A stretch of DNA of 64,000 bases, taken from assembly GCA_020248915.1 (NCBI GenBank), contig JADCGP010000013.1, positions 4,902 through 68,901 on the forward strand, written 5' to 3'. Below are positions 19,964-31,502 of this stretch, one piece after another. A program made the translations under genes and the position numbers. A model generated the notes under the pieces. It was not told the DNA's origin, ran no database searches, and worked only from the letters and a program-made list of their open reading frames with translations. This DNA is from Rubrivivax sp. GTDB lineage: Bacteria > Pseudomonadota > Gammaproteobacteria > Burkholderiales > Burkholderiaceae_C. Within the stretch, counting starts at the first letter, position 1. Every line of letters starts with the position of its first letter.

Positions 19964-20860
19964 ATGCCCGAACGCGAACGCGCGCAACTCATCGACCCGC
20001 TCACCGCCAACGGGGACGGCGACCTCGGCCCGTTCCCGTTCGACCTGTACGAGCGGACGATGCTTGCCCAGGGCGACTCCTGGTTCTCGATCGGCGCGCT
20101 GCCGCCCACACGCACGACGCGGGTGTTGGCGGAGCTGCGCCTGCTGCGCAGCACCGTGATCGTCAACTGCGCCCGGCCCGGCGCCTTGCTGCACCGCATG
20201 ACCGACACCACGACGGAGCAGTCGTTCCTGCGCCTGTTGTGTGGTGCCCAGGCGCTGAAGTGGGACGCCATCCTGCTGTCCGGCGGCGGCAACGATCTCA
20301 TCGACGCCTGCAGCGCGGGCCCCGATCACCCGCCGCAGCAGCGCATCCTGCGCACGCCGGCCGAGCGCGGGCCGCACCCGGCGAGTGGCGCCGACTACGT
20401 GAGCGAAGCAGGCTGGCAGACCTTCCGTGCCCACATCCGACTGGTCTTCGACCGTTTCGTCGACGCACGCGACAGCGGCATCAACCGCACGACGCCGATC
20501 GTCTGGCACAACTACGCGCGCGTCACGCCCACCCGCGTCGGTGCCGGGGCCGGCTTCGGGCCCTGGCTGTTGCCGTCGCTCGAGCGCTTCCAGGTGCCCA
20601 ACGCCGACCGCTCGAAAGTCAGCGACGAGCTGATCTCGCGCCTGGGCGCACTGGTGCGCGAACTCGCCGCCGCGCGCGTGGCGCGCGACCCGCAGTGCCG
20701 CATCCACATCGCCGACTCGCAGTCCGCCGGGCTGCTGCCAGCCGACGCCGACACCACCGGGCCGTCGGGCGACTGGATCAACGAGATCCATCCCACGCGC
20801 GAGGGGTACCGCAAGGCCGCTTCGGCCTGGGAGAAGGTGCTGGATCCGATCCTGGGGTGA
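19964..20860 (+). CDS. SGNH/GDSL-like hydrolase, no signal peptide seen
   Basis: GGAGA RBS; GDSWF (block I), GGGND (block III), NEIHP (block V variant). Confidence 0.75.
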   Translation: MPERERAQLIDPLTANGDGDLGPFPFDLYERTMLAQGDSWFSIGALPPTRTTRVLAELRLLRSTVIVNCARPGALLHRMTDTTTEQSFLRLLCGAQALKWDAILLSGGGNDLIDACSAGPDHPPQQRILRTPAERGPHPASGADYVSEAGWQTFRAHIRLVFDRFVDARDSGINRTTPIVWHNYARVTPTRVGAGAGFGPWLLPSLERFQVPNADRSKVSDELISRLGALVRELAAARVARDPQCRIHIADSQSAGLLPADADTTGPSGDWINEIHPTREGYRKAASAWEKVLDPILG

Positions 20861-20975
20861 GTTGGCTGGCTTCGGGGCCCGGCGTGGGCTTCGTGTTGCG
20901 GCCCGGCGGGGCGGCCGGCCCGCCGCCGAATCAGCAGGAGAGGCCTGGGGAAGGCCCGGCCCCCGCGCGGACCCC

Positions 20976-21512
20976 TCAGTCGTCGGCGACCCCACCGAGC
21001 TCGGGGAACAACACACTCGTGAACCCGAGCTTGGTCAGGTCCGTCATCCGCGTCGGATAGAGCCGCCCGATCAGGTGATCGCACTCGTGCTGCACCACGC
21101 GCGCGTGGAAGCCCTCGGCCTCGCGCCCGACCGGACGACCGTGCGCGTCGAACCCGCGGTAGCGGATGCGCGCGTGGCGCGGCACCACACCGCGCAGGCC
21201 CGGCACCGACAGGCAACCCTCCCAGCCCTCGGCGAGTTCGTCGGACAGCGGCTCGATCACGGGGTTGGCCAGCACCGTGGGCGGGACCGGGGACGCCTCG
21301 GGGTAACGCACGTTGCGCTCGAAGCCGAAGATGACGAGCTGGAGATCCACGCCGATCTGCGGCGCGGCCAGGCCGGCCCCGTTGGCATCGTGCATCGTGT
21401 CGAACAGGTCCGCGACCAGCGCGTGCAGCTCCGCCGTGTCGAAGGCCGACACCGGCTGCGCGACGCGCAGCAGGCGCGGGTCACCCATCCTCAGGATCTG
21501 CCGCACCGCCAC
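20976..21512 (-). CDS. def: Peptide deformylase
   Basis: GTG start after GGAGG; GLAAPQ, EGCLS, HECDH. Confidence 0.95.
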   Translation of the reverse strand: MAVRQILRMGDPRLLRVAQPVSAFDTAELHALVADLFDTMHDANGAGLAAPQIGVDLQLVIFGFERNVRYPEASPVPPTVLANPVIEPLSDELAEGWEGCLSVPGLRGVVPRHARIRYRGFDAHGRPVGREAEGFHARVVQHECDHLIGRLYPTRMTDLTKLGFTSVLFPELGGVADD

Positions 21513-21531
21513 GCCGCGCCTCCCTGCCGAC

Positions 21532-22395
21532 TCAACGGAACGTGAAGCCGACCGTCGGCTGCCCCGGCAGGCCGACGTACTCGACCTCGACCTTCATGCC
21601 GGGCTTGGGCGGCAGGCCACGCGAGAACGAGCCCAGGCTGACGAGGTCGCCCTTGCGCAGCGCCTTGCCTTCCTTGGCCAGCTCGCCGGCGAGCCAGGCG
21701 ACGGCCGCCAGCGGGTGGCCCATGACATCACTGCCCTTGCCGCGGTCGATCTCGGCGCCGTCGCCGCGCACGAGCACCGTCATGTCGCGCAGGCCGTCGA
21801 GCAGCGCGAAGCGCTCGGCGCGCGTCGCCGGGACGGCGATCGGCTTGCCCACCACGCCCAGGCGCGAGCCGACGTTGATGGCCGAGATCGCTGCCGCGTT
21901 GAGCTGCGGCGGCGCCTGCACCGTGAGGTCGGGCAGCTCGACGAACGGGATCACCTGGTCGATCGCTGCCATCACCTCGGCCGGCGTCTTGGCGCGGTTG
22001 ATCGACTCGTCGGCCACGCGCACCAGCATGTCGGCCTCGAACAGCGGGCGCGCGCCGTAGGCGGCATCGACGGTGCTGCCGCCGGCCAGCAGCGCGGTCT
22101 CGTACAGCACACCCCACACCGGCCCGGTGGCGCCGAAGCGCTGCTGCATCGCCGGGTTCGTGAGGCCGGCCTTGTAACCCACCGGCGGGCCCAGGTTCAG
22201 CTCGAGGATGCGGTTGAACTTGGCCCGCGAGCAGCTCGCGTCGGCGGCCGTGAGGCCGGTGGGGTTGGCCGCGGGCTGGCGGCTGCTGTAGGCGTCGAAG
22301 AGGGCAGCGACCTGGGCGTCGCTCAGGCACTGGGCCTGGAGCGGCAGCGCCAGCGCGGCGAGCAGGAAGGTGGAGGCCAGATGCAGGCGTTTCAT
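21532..22395 (-). CDS. 2-keto-4-pentenoate hydratase-like (FAA hydrolase fold) protein with signal peptide
   Basis: [21 protein letters not shown] signal; [36 protein letters not shown]. Confidence 0.8.
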   Translation of the reverse strand: MKRLHLASTFLLAALALPLQAQCLSDAQVAALFDAYSSRQPAANPTGLTAADASCSRAKFNRILELNLGPPVGYKAGLTNPAMQQRFGATGPVWGVLYETALLAGGSTVDAAYGARPLFEADMLVRVADESINRAKTPAEVMAAIDQVIPFVELPDLTVQAPPQLNAAAISAINVGSRLGVVGKPIAVPATRAERFALLDGLRDMTVLVRGDGAEIDRGKGSDVMGHPLAAVAWLAGELAKEGKALRKGDLVSLGSFSRGLPPKPGMKVEVEYVGLPGQPTVGFTFR

Positions 22396-22492
22396 CGTCT
22401 TTCCTCGGGGTTCGGTGGGCACCCTGGGCGCGGATGCCGGGCGGGCGCGGTCGCGGGCGTTGCCGCGGGCTGCCGGCAGAAGTATGCCGCCC

Positions 22493-24628
<2,136 letters not shown>

Positions 24629-25681
24629 TCAGCTGAACAGCCGCCGCGCCGCGGGCGAGCCCGCCGACAGGTCCAGCCTGTCGAGCTCGCGGTACAGGCG
24701 CTCGACCTCGCGGCCGATCGCGTCGTAGGCGTGCAGCGTCACCGGCTGCCCGCCGTCGTCGGTCGGGGTGGCGTCGAGCTCGGCGGCCAGCGCCGTGGCA
24801 GCGCGATGGAAGGCGGGGAAGGGCTCGGCCGACTCGGGCGACTGCGGGACGTCGAGCGCCAGCGTGCACTCGCGCACCGCCGCCAGCGCCGGGTCCTCGG
24901 CCAGCGCCGCCTGGGGAGGCACCGACAGCACGACGAGCGGCGGCCCGCCCTCCTCCGCGCCGGGAATGACGAAGCGACCGGGCGTCGCCCCGGGCACGAA
25001 ACCCTGGCGCGCCGCCACCTGCTGCACGTAGCCCACCGACCACGCCACCGAGTTGCTGCGCAGCGTGATTGCCAGCGTGGCGTCGAGCGGCGAGGCGAGC
25101 GCATCGAGCTCGCGGGCGCGGGCGGCCACCTCCAGCATGTCGGGCGCGTCGACGCGGCCGTCCATCGACTCGGCCAGCGCCTGCACCTTGTGCACGAACT
25201 CGCTGTACTCGATCTCGTTGAGCGCACCGCCCCGGTTGGCCAGCTGCACCCCCGCCTGCAGCTCGGTGTAGCGCCGGCCCGGACCGATGGGCTCCCAGGT
25301 GCCGGTCTCGGCGTCCAGCCCCTCGACGTGGAACGGCTTCGTCCCGGCGCGGCGCGAGGGCGGCAGGTGGGCGGCGACGGCGTCGCCGCTGACCGGCGCC
25401 TGCAGCGCGATCGGGGCAATGGCGTCGATCAGCGGGTCGAGGCGCGCGCCGCGCCAGGGCGCGAGGCGCACGGCCGCGGCGGCCACCGCCGGCTCCGCTC
25501 CCGCCCCCTGCGCCGGCGCGGCGCCCCCGGGGCCGAGCAGGCTGGGCTCGGTGCGGGCCGCTGTGCCCTGCGCGACACGCGGCAGGCGGGCCGCGGCGCG
25601 GCGCGTCTTCCAAAGCCCGTGCAGCGCCAGCGCCAGCAGCACGACGCCGCCGAGCAGGGCCAGCGCCGTCGTCAGGCTCAT
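24629..25681 (-). CDS. zipA: ZipA C-terminal FtsZ-binding domain protein
   Basis: N-terminal TM anchor, QLANRGGALNEIEYSEF, GSPAARRLFS; located between smc and ligA. Confidence 0.85.
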   Translation of the reverse strand: MSLTTALALLGGVVLLALALHGLWKTRRAAARLPRVAQGTAARTEPSLLGPGGAAPAQGAGAEPAVAAAAVRLAPWRGARLDPLIDAIAPIALQAPVSGDAVAAHLPPSRRAGTKPFHVEGLDAETGTWEPIGPGRRYTELQAGVQLANRGGALNEIEYSEFVHKVQALAESMDGRVDAPDMLEVAARARELDALASPLDATLAITLRSNSVAWSVGYVQQVAARQGFVPGATPGRFVIPGAEEGGPPLVVLSVPPQAALAEDPALAAVRECTLALDVPQSPESAEPFPAFHRAATALAAELDATPTDDGGQPVTLHAYDAIGREVERLYRELDRLDLSAGSPAARRLFS

Positions 25682-25694
25682 CGCGCCGCCGGCC

Positions 25695-28600
25695 TCACGC
25701 CGCCTCGGCCAGCGAGACGGCCGCCTCGATGTCCACCGCGACGATGCGGCTCACGCCCTGCTCCTGCATGGTCACGCCGATCAGCTGCTCGGCCATCTCC
25801 ATCGTGATCTTGTTGTGGCTGATGAACAGGAACTGGGTCTCCCGGCTCATCTGCGCGACCAGCCGCGCATAGCGCTCGGTGTTGGCGTCGTCCAGCGGCG
25901 CGTCGACCTCGTCGAGCAGGCAGAACGGCGCCGGGTTGAGCTGGAAGATCGCGAACACCAGCGCGATGGCCGTCAGCGCCTTCTCGCCACCGGACAGCAG
26001 GTGGATCGTGCTGTTGCGCTTGCCCGGCGGCTGCGCCATGACCTGCACGCCGGCGTCGAGGATCTCGGCGCCGGTCATCGCCAGCCGGGCGGTCCCGCCG
26101 CCGAACAGCACCGGGAACATGCGGCCGAAGTGCTCGTTGACCTGGTTGAAGGTGCTGGCCAGCAGCTCGCGGGTCTCGAGGTCGATGCGGTGGATCGCGT
26201 CCTCCAGCGTCCGGATGGCCTCCTGCAGGTCGGCGTTCTGCGCGTCGAGGAAGGCCTTGCGCTCGCGCGCGGCGCCGAGCTCCTCCAGCGCGGCCAGGTT
26301 CACCGCGCCGAGCTCGGCGATCTCCTGCTGGATGCGGTCGATCTCGCCCTGCAGGCCCTGCAGCCGCACCTTGCCCTCGGCGATCCCGTGCTCCAGCGCC
26401 GCCAGGTCGACGCCCGCGGCGACCAGCTGTTCCATGAACTGCGCACCGCCGAGGGCTGCGGCCTGCTCCTCGAGCTGCAGCCGGGTGATGCGCTCGCGCA
26501 TCGGGTCGAGGCTGCGCTCGTGCGCGAGACGCTGCTCGTCCAGCGCCTTCAGACGGGCGCTCAGCCCGTCGTAGCTGCTGCGCGCGGACGCCAGCTCCTG
26601 CTCGCGCTCGACGCGCAACGCCAGCGCACCCTGCAGGCCCGACTGCACGGCCGCGTCGTCGAATGCGCCGAGCTCGAGCTCGAGCTGCCCGCCCGCCTGC
26701 AGGTTGCTCGCCACCTGCGCCGCTGCCGTCTCGATGCCGCGCTGCAGCTCGGCACGGCGGCTGGCCAGCGCGCGCGCCTGGAACGAGGCCTCCTGGGCCT
26801 GCCGCTCGAGCGCGCGCTGCTGCTCGCGCGCCGCCGACAGCGCGCGCTCGGCCTCGAGCACCGCATCGTCCAGTGCGGCGTGCTGCTCCTGGGCGCTCGC
26901 CAGCTCGAGATCGAGCTCCTCGAAGCGCGCCTGTCCGGTGGCCTCGCGCTCGGCCAGCTGCTCGAGCCCGGCGTCGAGCTCGGCGAGCTCCTCGGCGATG
27001 CGCTCGTGGCGCGCGCTCGTCGCCTCGGCCTGCTGGGCCAGCCGCAGCACCTCGACATGCAGCGCATGCGCGCGGTTCTGCGCCTCGGCCGCCTCGCGCC
27101 GCGCCGCGGCCAGCCGCTGGGCCGCGTCGCCGTAGGCGGCGTCCAGCCGCACCGCGGCCGCGCGCGACTCGTCGGCGATCAGCTGCTGCGCGCGCTGCTG
27201 GCGTTCGAGGTTCTCGATCTCCTGGGCACGCGCCAGCAGGCCCGCCTGCTCGCTGTCGGGAGCGTAGAAGCAGACGGCGAACTGCGACACCGCATGCCCC
27301 TCGCGGGTCATGATGACCTCGCCGTGCGCGAGCGTGCCGCGGGCGGCGAGCGCGGCCTCGAGGGAGTCGGCCCTGAACACGCCCTCGAGCCAGTCGCCGA
27401 GCAGCGCGCCCAGGCCGGCATCGGGCACGCGCACCAGGTCGACCAGCAGGGGCAGTTGGCGTGGTGCGCGCGGCTGCGGCGCCCGCGCCGGCTCGCCCGG
27501 CAGCGCGTAGAAGGCCAGCCGGGCCGGCGGGGCGTCGGCCGCGAACGCGCGCACCGTGTCCAGCCGCCCGACCGCGAGCGCGTGCAGTCGCTCGCGCAGC
27601 GCGGCCTCGAGCGCCGGCTCCCAGCCGGGCTCGACGTGCACCTGCTTCCACAGACCCTGCAGCCCGGCCAGCCCGTGGCGCTCGAGCCATGGGGGCAGTC
27701 GGCCCTGGGTCTGCACCTTGTCCTGCAGCGCGCGCAGCGCCTGCAGCCGGGCGCTCAGGTCGGCGAGAGTGCCGGCGTCGCGCGCGGCCGCCTCCTGCGC
27801 CGCCCGCCGCTGTTCGTCGAGCGCGGGCAACTGTTCGGACAGCTCGGCGAGCACCGCGTCGGCCTGCTCGCGGCGCAACGATGCGTCGGCCTCCTGCAGT
27901 CGCAGCGTCTCCAGGCGCGCCAGGTCGGGCCCCTGCAGCCCCTGGCGCTCACCGGCCAGGCGGTCGCGACGCGACCGCAGCCCGCGCCGCTGCTCGTCGA
28001 TTGCGCGCCCCTCGGCGGCGAGCACCTGGATCTGCTGCTGCACCTGCGACACGGCGTTGCGCTGCCGGCTGCTCGCAGCCTGCGCCGTGCGCAGCGCGTC
28101 CTCCAGCCCAGGCAGGCGCAGCCCCTGCTCCCCGGCCTGCGCGTGCAGCCCGGCGGCCTGGTCCTCGGCATCGGCGATCTGCGCGCCGATCCGCTCCAGC
28201 TCGTCCTCGGCCTCGCGCTGCCGCTCGGCCCACTGCTGGTTCTGCGCACGCAGCTCGGCCAGCCGGGCCTCGGCACGCCTGCGCCCGTCGACGATGAAGC
28301 GGATGCGCTCCTCGAGCCGGCTGACCTCCAGCTGAGCCTCCGCCAGCGCACCCTGCCGGGCATGCAGCGCATCGTTGGCCGCGAAGTGGTCCTGGCGCAC
28401 CGCCTCGAGTTCGGCCTCGGTGCGGCGCAGATCTGCCAGGCGGGCTTCCAGCGCGTTGTGCGCCTCGGCCACCGCGGCCCGAACGCGGGTCTCCTCCGAC
28501 GAGGCGTCGCGGTGCTTCAGGAACCACAGCTGGTGCAGCCGCGTGGTCCCGGCGTCCTGCAGTTGGCGGTAGCGCTGCGCGACCTCCGCCTGGCGCTCGA

Positions 28601-29222
28601 GCTTGTCGAGGCTGCCGCCCAGCTCGCGCAGGATGTCGTCCACGCGCGTCAGGTTTTCGCGCGTGTCCTTGAGCCGGTTCTCGGTCTCGCGGCGCCGCTC
28701 CTTGTACTTGCTGACGCCGGCGGCCTCCTCCAGGAACAGGCGCAGCTCCTCCGGGCGGCTCTCGATGATGCGGCTGATCGTGCCCTGGCCGATGATCGCG
28801 TACGCGCGCGGCCCGAGGCCGGTGCCCAGGAAGACGTCCTGCACGTCGCGCCTGCGCACAGGCTGGTTGTTGATGTAGTAGCTCGACGTGCCGTCGCGCG
28901 CCAGCACCCGCTTGACGGCGATCTCGGCGAAGCTGTTCCACTGCCCGCCGGCGCGCGCCAGGGTGTTGTCGAAGACGAGCTCGACGCTGGCGCGGCCGGC
29001 CGGCTTGCGGTTGCCGCTGCCGTTGAAGATCACGTCCTGCATGCTCTCGCCGCGCAGCTCGCTCGCCTTGCTCTCGCCGAGCACCCAGCGCACCGCGTCG
29101 ATGATGTTGCTCTTGCCGCAGCCGTTGGGGCCGACCACGCCGATGCGCTGGCCTGGCAGCTGAAACGTGGTCGGCTCGGCGAAGGACTTGAAGCCCGAGA
29201 GCTTGATCTGCGAGAGGCGCAT
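25695..29222 (-). CDS. smc: Chromosome segregation protein SMC
   Basis: MRLSQIKLSGFKSF, GPNGCGKSN, coiled coils, hinge, LSGGE, LDEVDAPLD. Confidence 0.97.
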   Translation of the reverse strand: MRLSQIKLSGFKSFAEPTTFQLPGQRIGVVGPNGCGKSNIIDAVRWVLGESKASELRGESMQDVIFNGSGNRKPAGRASVELVFDNTLARAGGQWNSFAEIAVKRVLARDGTSSYYINNQPVRRRDVQDVFLGTGLGPRAYAIIGQGTISRIIESRPEELRLFLEEAAGVSKYKERRRETENRLKDTRENLTRVDDILRELGGSLDKLERQAEVAQRYRQLQDAGTTRLHQLWFLKHRDASSEETRVRAAVAEAHNALEARLADLRRTEAELEAVRQDHFAANDALHARQGALAEAQLEVSRLEERIRFIVDGRRRAEARLAELRAQNQQWAERQREAEDELERIGAQIADAEDQAAGLHAQAGEQGLRLPGLEDALRTAQAASSRQRNAVSQVQQQIQVLAAEGRAIDEQRRGLRSRRDRLAGERQGLQGPDLARLETLRLQEADASLRREQADAVLAELSEQLPALDEQRRAAQEAAARDAGTLADLSARLQALRALQDKVQTQGRLPPWLERHGLAGLQGLWKQVHVEPGWEPALEAALRERLHALAVGRLDTVRAFAADAPPARLAFYALPGEPARAPQPRAPRQLPLLVDLVRVPDAGLGALLGDWLEGVFRADSLEAALAARGTLAHGEVIMTREGHAVSQFAVCFYAPDSEQAGLLARAQEIENLERQQRAQQLIADESRAAAVRLDAAYGDAAQRLAAARREAAEAQNRAHALHVEVLRLAQQAEATSARHERIAEELAELDAGLEQLAEREATGQARFEELDLELASAQEQHAALDDAVLEAERALSAAREQQRALERQAQEASFQARALASRRAELQRGIETAAAQVASNLQAGGQLELELGAFDDAAVQSGLQGALALRVEREQELASARSSYDGLSARLKALDEQRLAHERSLDPMRERITRLQLEEQAAALGGAQFMEQLVAAGVDLAALEHGIAEGKVRLQGLQGEIDRIQQEIAELGAVNLAALEELGAARERKAFLDAQNADLQEAIRTLEDAIHRIDLETRELLASTFNQVNEHFGRMFPVLFGGGTARLAMTGAEILDAGVQVMAQPPGKRNSTIHLLSGGEKALTAIALVFAIFQLNPAPFCLLDEVDAPLDDANTERYARLVAQMSRETQFLFISHNKITMEMAEQLIGVTMQEQGVSRIVAVDIEAAVSLAEAA

Positions 29223-29265
29223 CCGGCGGCGTGCGGCGGCCCTGCGGGCATCCGCAGTGACAACG

Positions 29266-29292
29266 CAAGTGCTTGATTCGAAAAGGAAAAAA
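29266..29292 (-). promoter_or_regulatory. IHF-binding site in smc/queF divergent region
   Basis: Minus strand AATCAAGCACTTG (29266-29278) matches WATCAANNNNTTR, with a T-tract (TTTTTTCCTTTT) on its 5' side. Confidence 0.65.
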
Positions 29293-29406
29293 GCGCTCCA
29301 TCTCGAGCGCGACGTGCGCTGGATGATAGCATCGCGCCCCCCCGATCCCCGACCCTGGCCGCGGCCCGCGCCCCCGCTGGGCACCGCCGCCGCCGGCTCA
29401 GCAGCC

Positions 29407-29859
29407 ATGCCCAAGAAGACCTCTTCCGCCCCGCCTCGCGAGCGCGCCAGGCCCGCCGTGCCGCCCAGCAGCCCGAGCCGCGACCTGCAGGTGTTCGCGA
29501 ACCCTGCCCCAGAGCGTGACTACGTGATCCGCTTCGACGTGCCCGAGTTCACCTGCCTGTGTCCCCTGACCGGGCAGCCCGACTTCGCCCACTTCACGAT
29601 CGAGATCGTCGCCGACGCGCTGTGCGTCGAGCTCAAGAGCCTCAAGCAGTACTTCTGGAGCTTCCGCAACGAGGGCGCCTTCCACGAGAAGGTGACAAAC
29701 ACCGTCTGCAGCGACCTGGTCTCGGCCATCGACCCGCGCTTCGTGCGCGTGCACGCCGACTGGTTCGTGCGCGGGGGCATAGGCACCTTCGTGACCGTGG
29801 AGCACCGCAGGAAGGGCTGGAGGCCGCAACTGGCAGTGGAGCTGCCGCGTGGTGCCTGA
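29407..29859 (+). CDS. queF: NADPH-dependent preQ0 reductase (short, single-domain QueF)
   Basis: EFTCLCPLTGQPDFA, VELKSLK, FHE, RGGI. Confidence 0.93.
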   Translation: MPKKTSSAPPRERARPAVPPSSPSRDLQVFANPAPERDYVIRFDVPEFTCLCPLTGQPDFAHFTIEIVADALCVELKSLKQYFWSFRNEGAFHEKVTNTVCSDLVSAIDPRFVRVHADWFVRGGIGTFVTVEHRRKGWRPQLAVELPRGA

Positions 29860-30325
29860 AGGCGGCGCCGAAGTGCAGGCCGCGCCTGCCGCGCACGGCG
29901 CGCCCGCCGCACCCCATCCGACCTACCAGAAGTTCGCGGTCGACGTGCGGCCGAGCGCGATCGACGGGCTCGGCGCTTTCGCCGCCGAACCCGTGCCGGC
30001 CCGGCGCAAGATCGGCGAGATCCGCGGCGAGAGCATCACGGTCGACGAGGCGCGCATCCGCGCCACGCGCAGCGAGCGCATCATGATCGTGGAGCTGTCG
30101 GAACGCCGGGCGATCGACTTCAGCCGCAGCGCCGACCCGATGCGCTACACGAACCACAGCTGCCGCCCGAACGCGCAGCTCGTGATCCGCAACGGCCGCG
30201 TCGAGTTCTACGCGCGGCGCCCGATCGCGCTCGGCGAGGAGATCACGGTCGACTACGGCGAGACGCACCACGAGGGTCGGCTGGCCTGCCGCTGCGGGGC
30301 CCCGGGCTGCCGGGGCGCGCTGTGA
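29849..30325 (+). CDS. SET domain protein with post-SET Cys motif
   Basis: GLGAFA, RYTNHSCRPN, GEEITVDY, CRCGAPGCRG; GTG start after GGAG overlapping the queF end. Confidence 0.88.
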   Translation: MVPEGGAEVQAAPAAHGAPAAPHPTYQKFAVDVRPSAIDGLGAFAAEPVPARRKIGEIRGESITVDEARIRATRSERIMIVELSERRAIDFSRSADPMRYTNHSCRPNAQLVIRNGRVEFYARRPIALGEEITVDYGETHHEGRLACRCGAPGCRGAL

Positions 30326-30377
30326 TCGCGCTTGCGCCGCAGGCCGCGTCGGCCCGGGCGGCACGCGGCGCGCCGGC

Positions 30378-31427
30378 TCAGGCGCGCGCGGCGGCGAAGG
30401 CCGCGATCCGCGGGTGCATCGTCGAGAACCACAGCGGCGGCACGGACGCCAGGAACAGGCACCCGGCGTAGCCGGTGGGCAGCTGCGGGCCCGGCAGCGG
30501 CTCGAGCTCGGGGTACGGCTTCCACGCGTGCATGTGGTGATCGCTGTGGCGCTGCAGGTTGGCCACCACGCTGTTGGTCAGCAGGTGATCGGCATTCCAG
30601 GCGTGCCCCGGACCGAAGGGTTCGCGGCGCCCGCCCTGCATGCCGCGCTCGAGGCCGTAGTGTTCGATGTAATTCGTGGTCTCCAGCAGGAACGCCGCGT
30701 AGCCGGCCTGGATCACCCAGAACAGCACTGCCAGCGGGCCGATGGCCAGCCACAGCGCGACCAGCCAGGCGAGTTGCACGCCGGTCGCCCAGGCCAGCGG
30801 ACTCGTCGCCCAGCCCCGACGCCGCTGCGCCAGCCAGAGCGCCTCGAGGCGCCACGCGCTGACCAGGCTGCCGGCGAAACTGCGTGGCAGGAAGCGCCAC
30901 AGGCTCTCGCCGTAGCGCGCGCTGGCCGGGTCGTCGCGGGTCGCGGCCCGCACGTGGTGGCCGCGGTAGTGCTCGACCATGAAGTGGGCATAAAGCACGC
31001 TCGTCATCAGCGCCCAGGCCAGCAGCCGCTCCAGGCGCGAACGGGAGTGGCCCAGTTCGTGGGCGAAGGTGATGCCCTGGCCGCCGGAGACCCCGCCCAC
31101 GCCGATGCCGAGCGCCACCACCGCCCAGGCGGAGAGGTCGCCCGTCGCCACCAGCCACAGCCCGAGCGCGAGCAGCCCGGCCTGCAAAGGCAGGTGCATC
31201 AGCAGGCAGAACCGGTGCCAGGGCGTGGCGGCTGCCGCGGGCGGCGAGTCAGCCCAGCCGGGCTGGCGCTCGGCCAGCGCCAGCGCGGCCTGCCATCCGA
31301 ACGTGACGCCCCAGGCCGCCCAGGGCGACCACCACGCGCCGGCCGCCACCGTGAGCGGCATCAACCACGCGAGCGCAAAGCGGTATCGCGTGGCGTCGGC
31401 CCGGGGCAGCGCGGCGGTGGCGTTCAT
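30378..31427 (-). CDS. alkB: Alkane 1-monooxygenase (AlkB family membrane di-iron enzyme)
   Basis: [27 protein letters not shown]; several TM segments. Confidence 0.85.
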   Translation of the reverse strand: MNATAALPRADATRYRFALAWLMPLTVAAGAWWSPWAAWGVTFGWQAALALAERQPGWADSPPAAAATPWHRFCLLMHLPLQAGLLALGLWLVATGDLSAWAVVALGIGVGGVSGGQGITFAHELGHSRSRLERLLAWALMTSVLYAHFMVEHYRGHHVRAATRDDPASARYGESLWRFLPRSFAGSLVSAWRLEALWLAQRRRGWATSPLAWATGVQLAWLVALWLAIGPLAVLFWVIQAGYAAFLLETTNYIEHYGLERGMQGGRREPFGPGHAWNADHLLTNSVVANLQRHSDHHMHAWKPYPELEPLPGPQLPTGYAGCLFLASVPPLWFSTMHPRIAAFAAARA

Positions 31428-31502
31428 GGGTACTGCAGCGTGCGGCGACGCTCGGCGGCAGCGCCGTCGGCGGAGACGCACTCGCCCCGGATAATCCCGT
31501 AG

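Noticed and set aside
29223-29406. Possible preQ1 riboswitch upstream of queF (A-rich tract)
   Set aside because: No P1 stem or loop pattern of preQ1-I precedes the A-tract; an IHF site explains the tract better.
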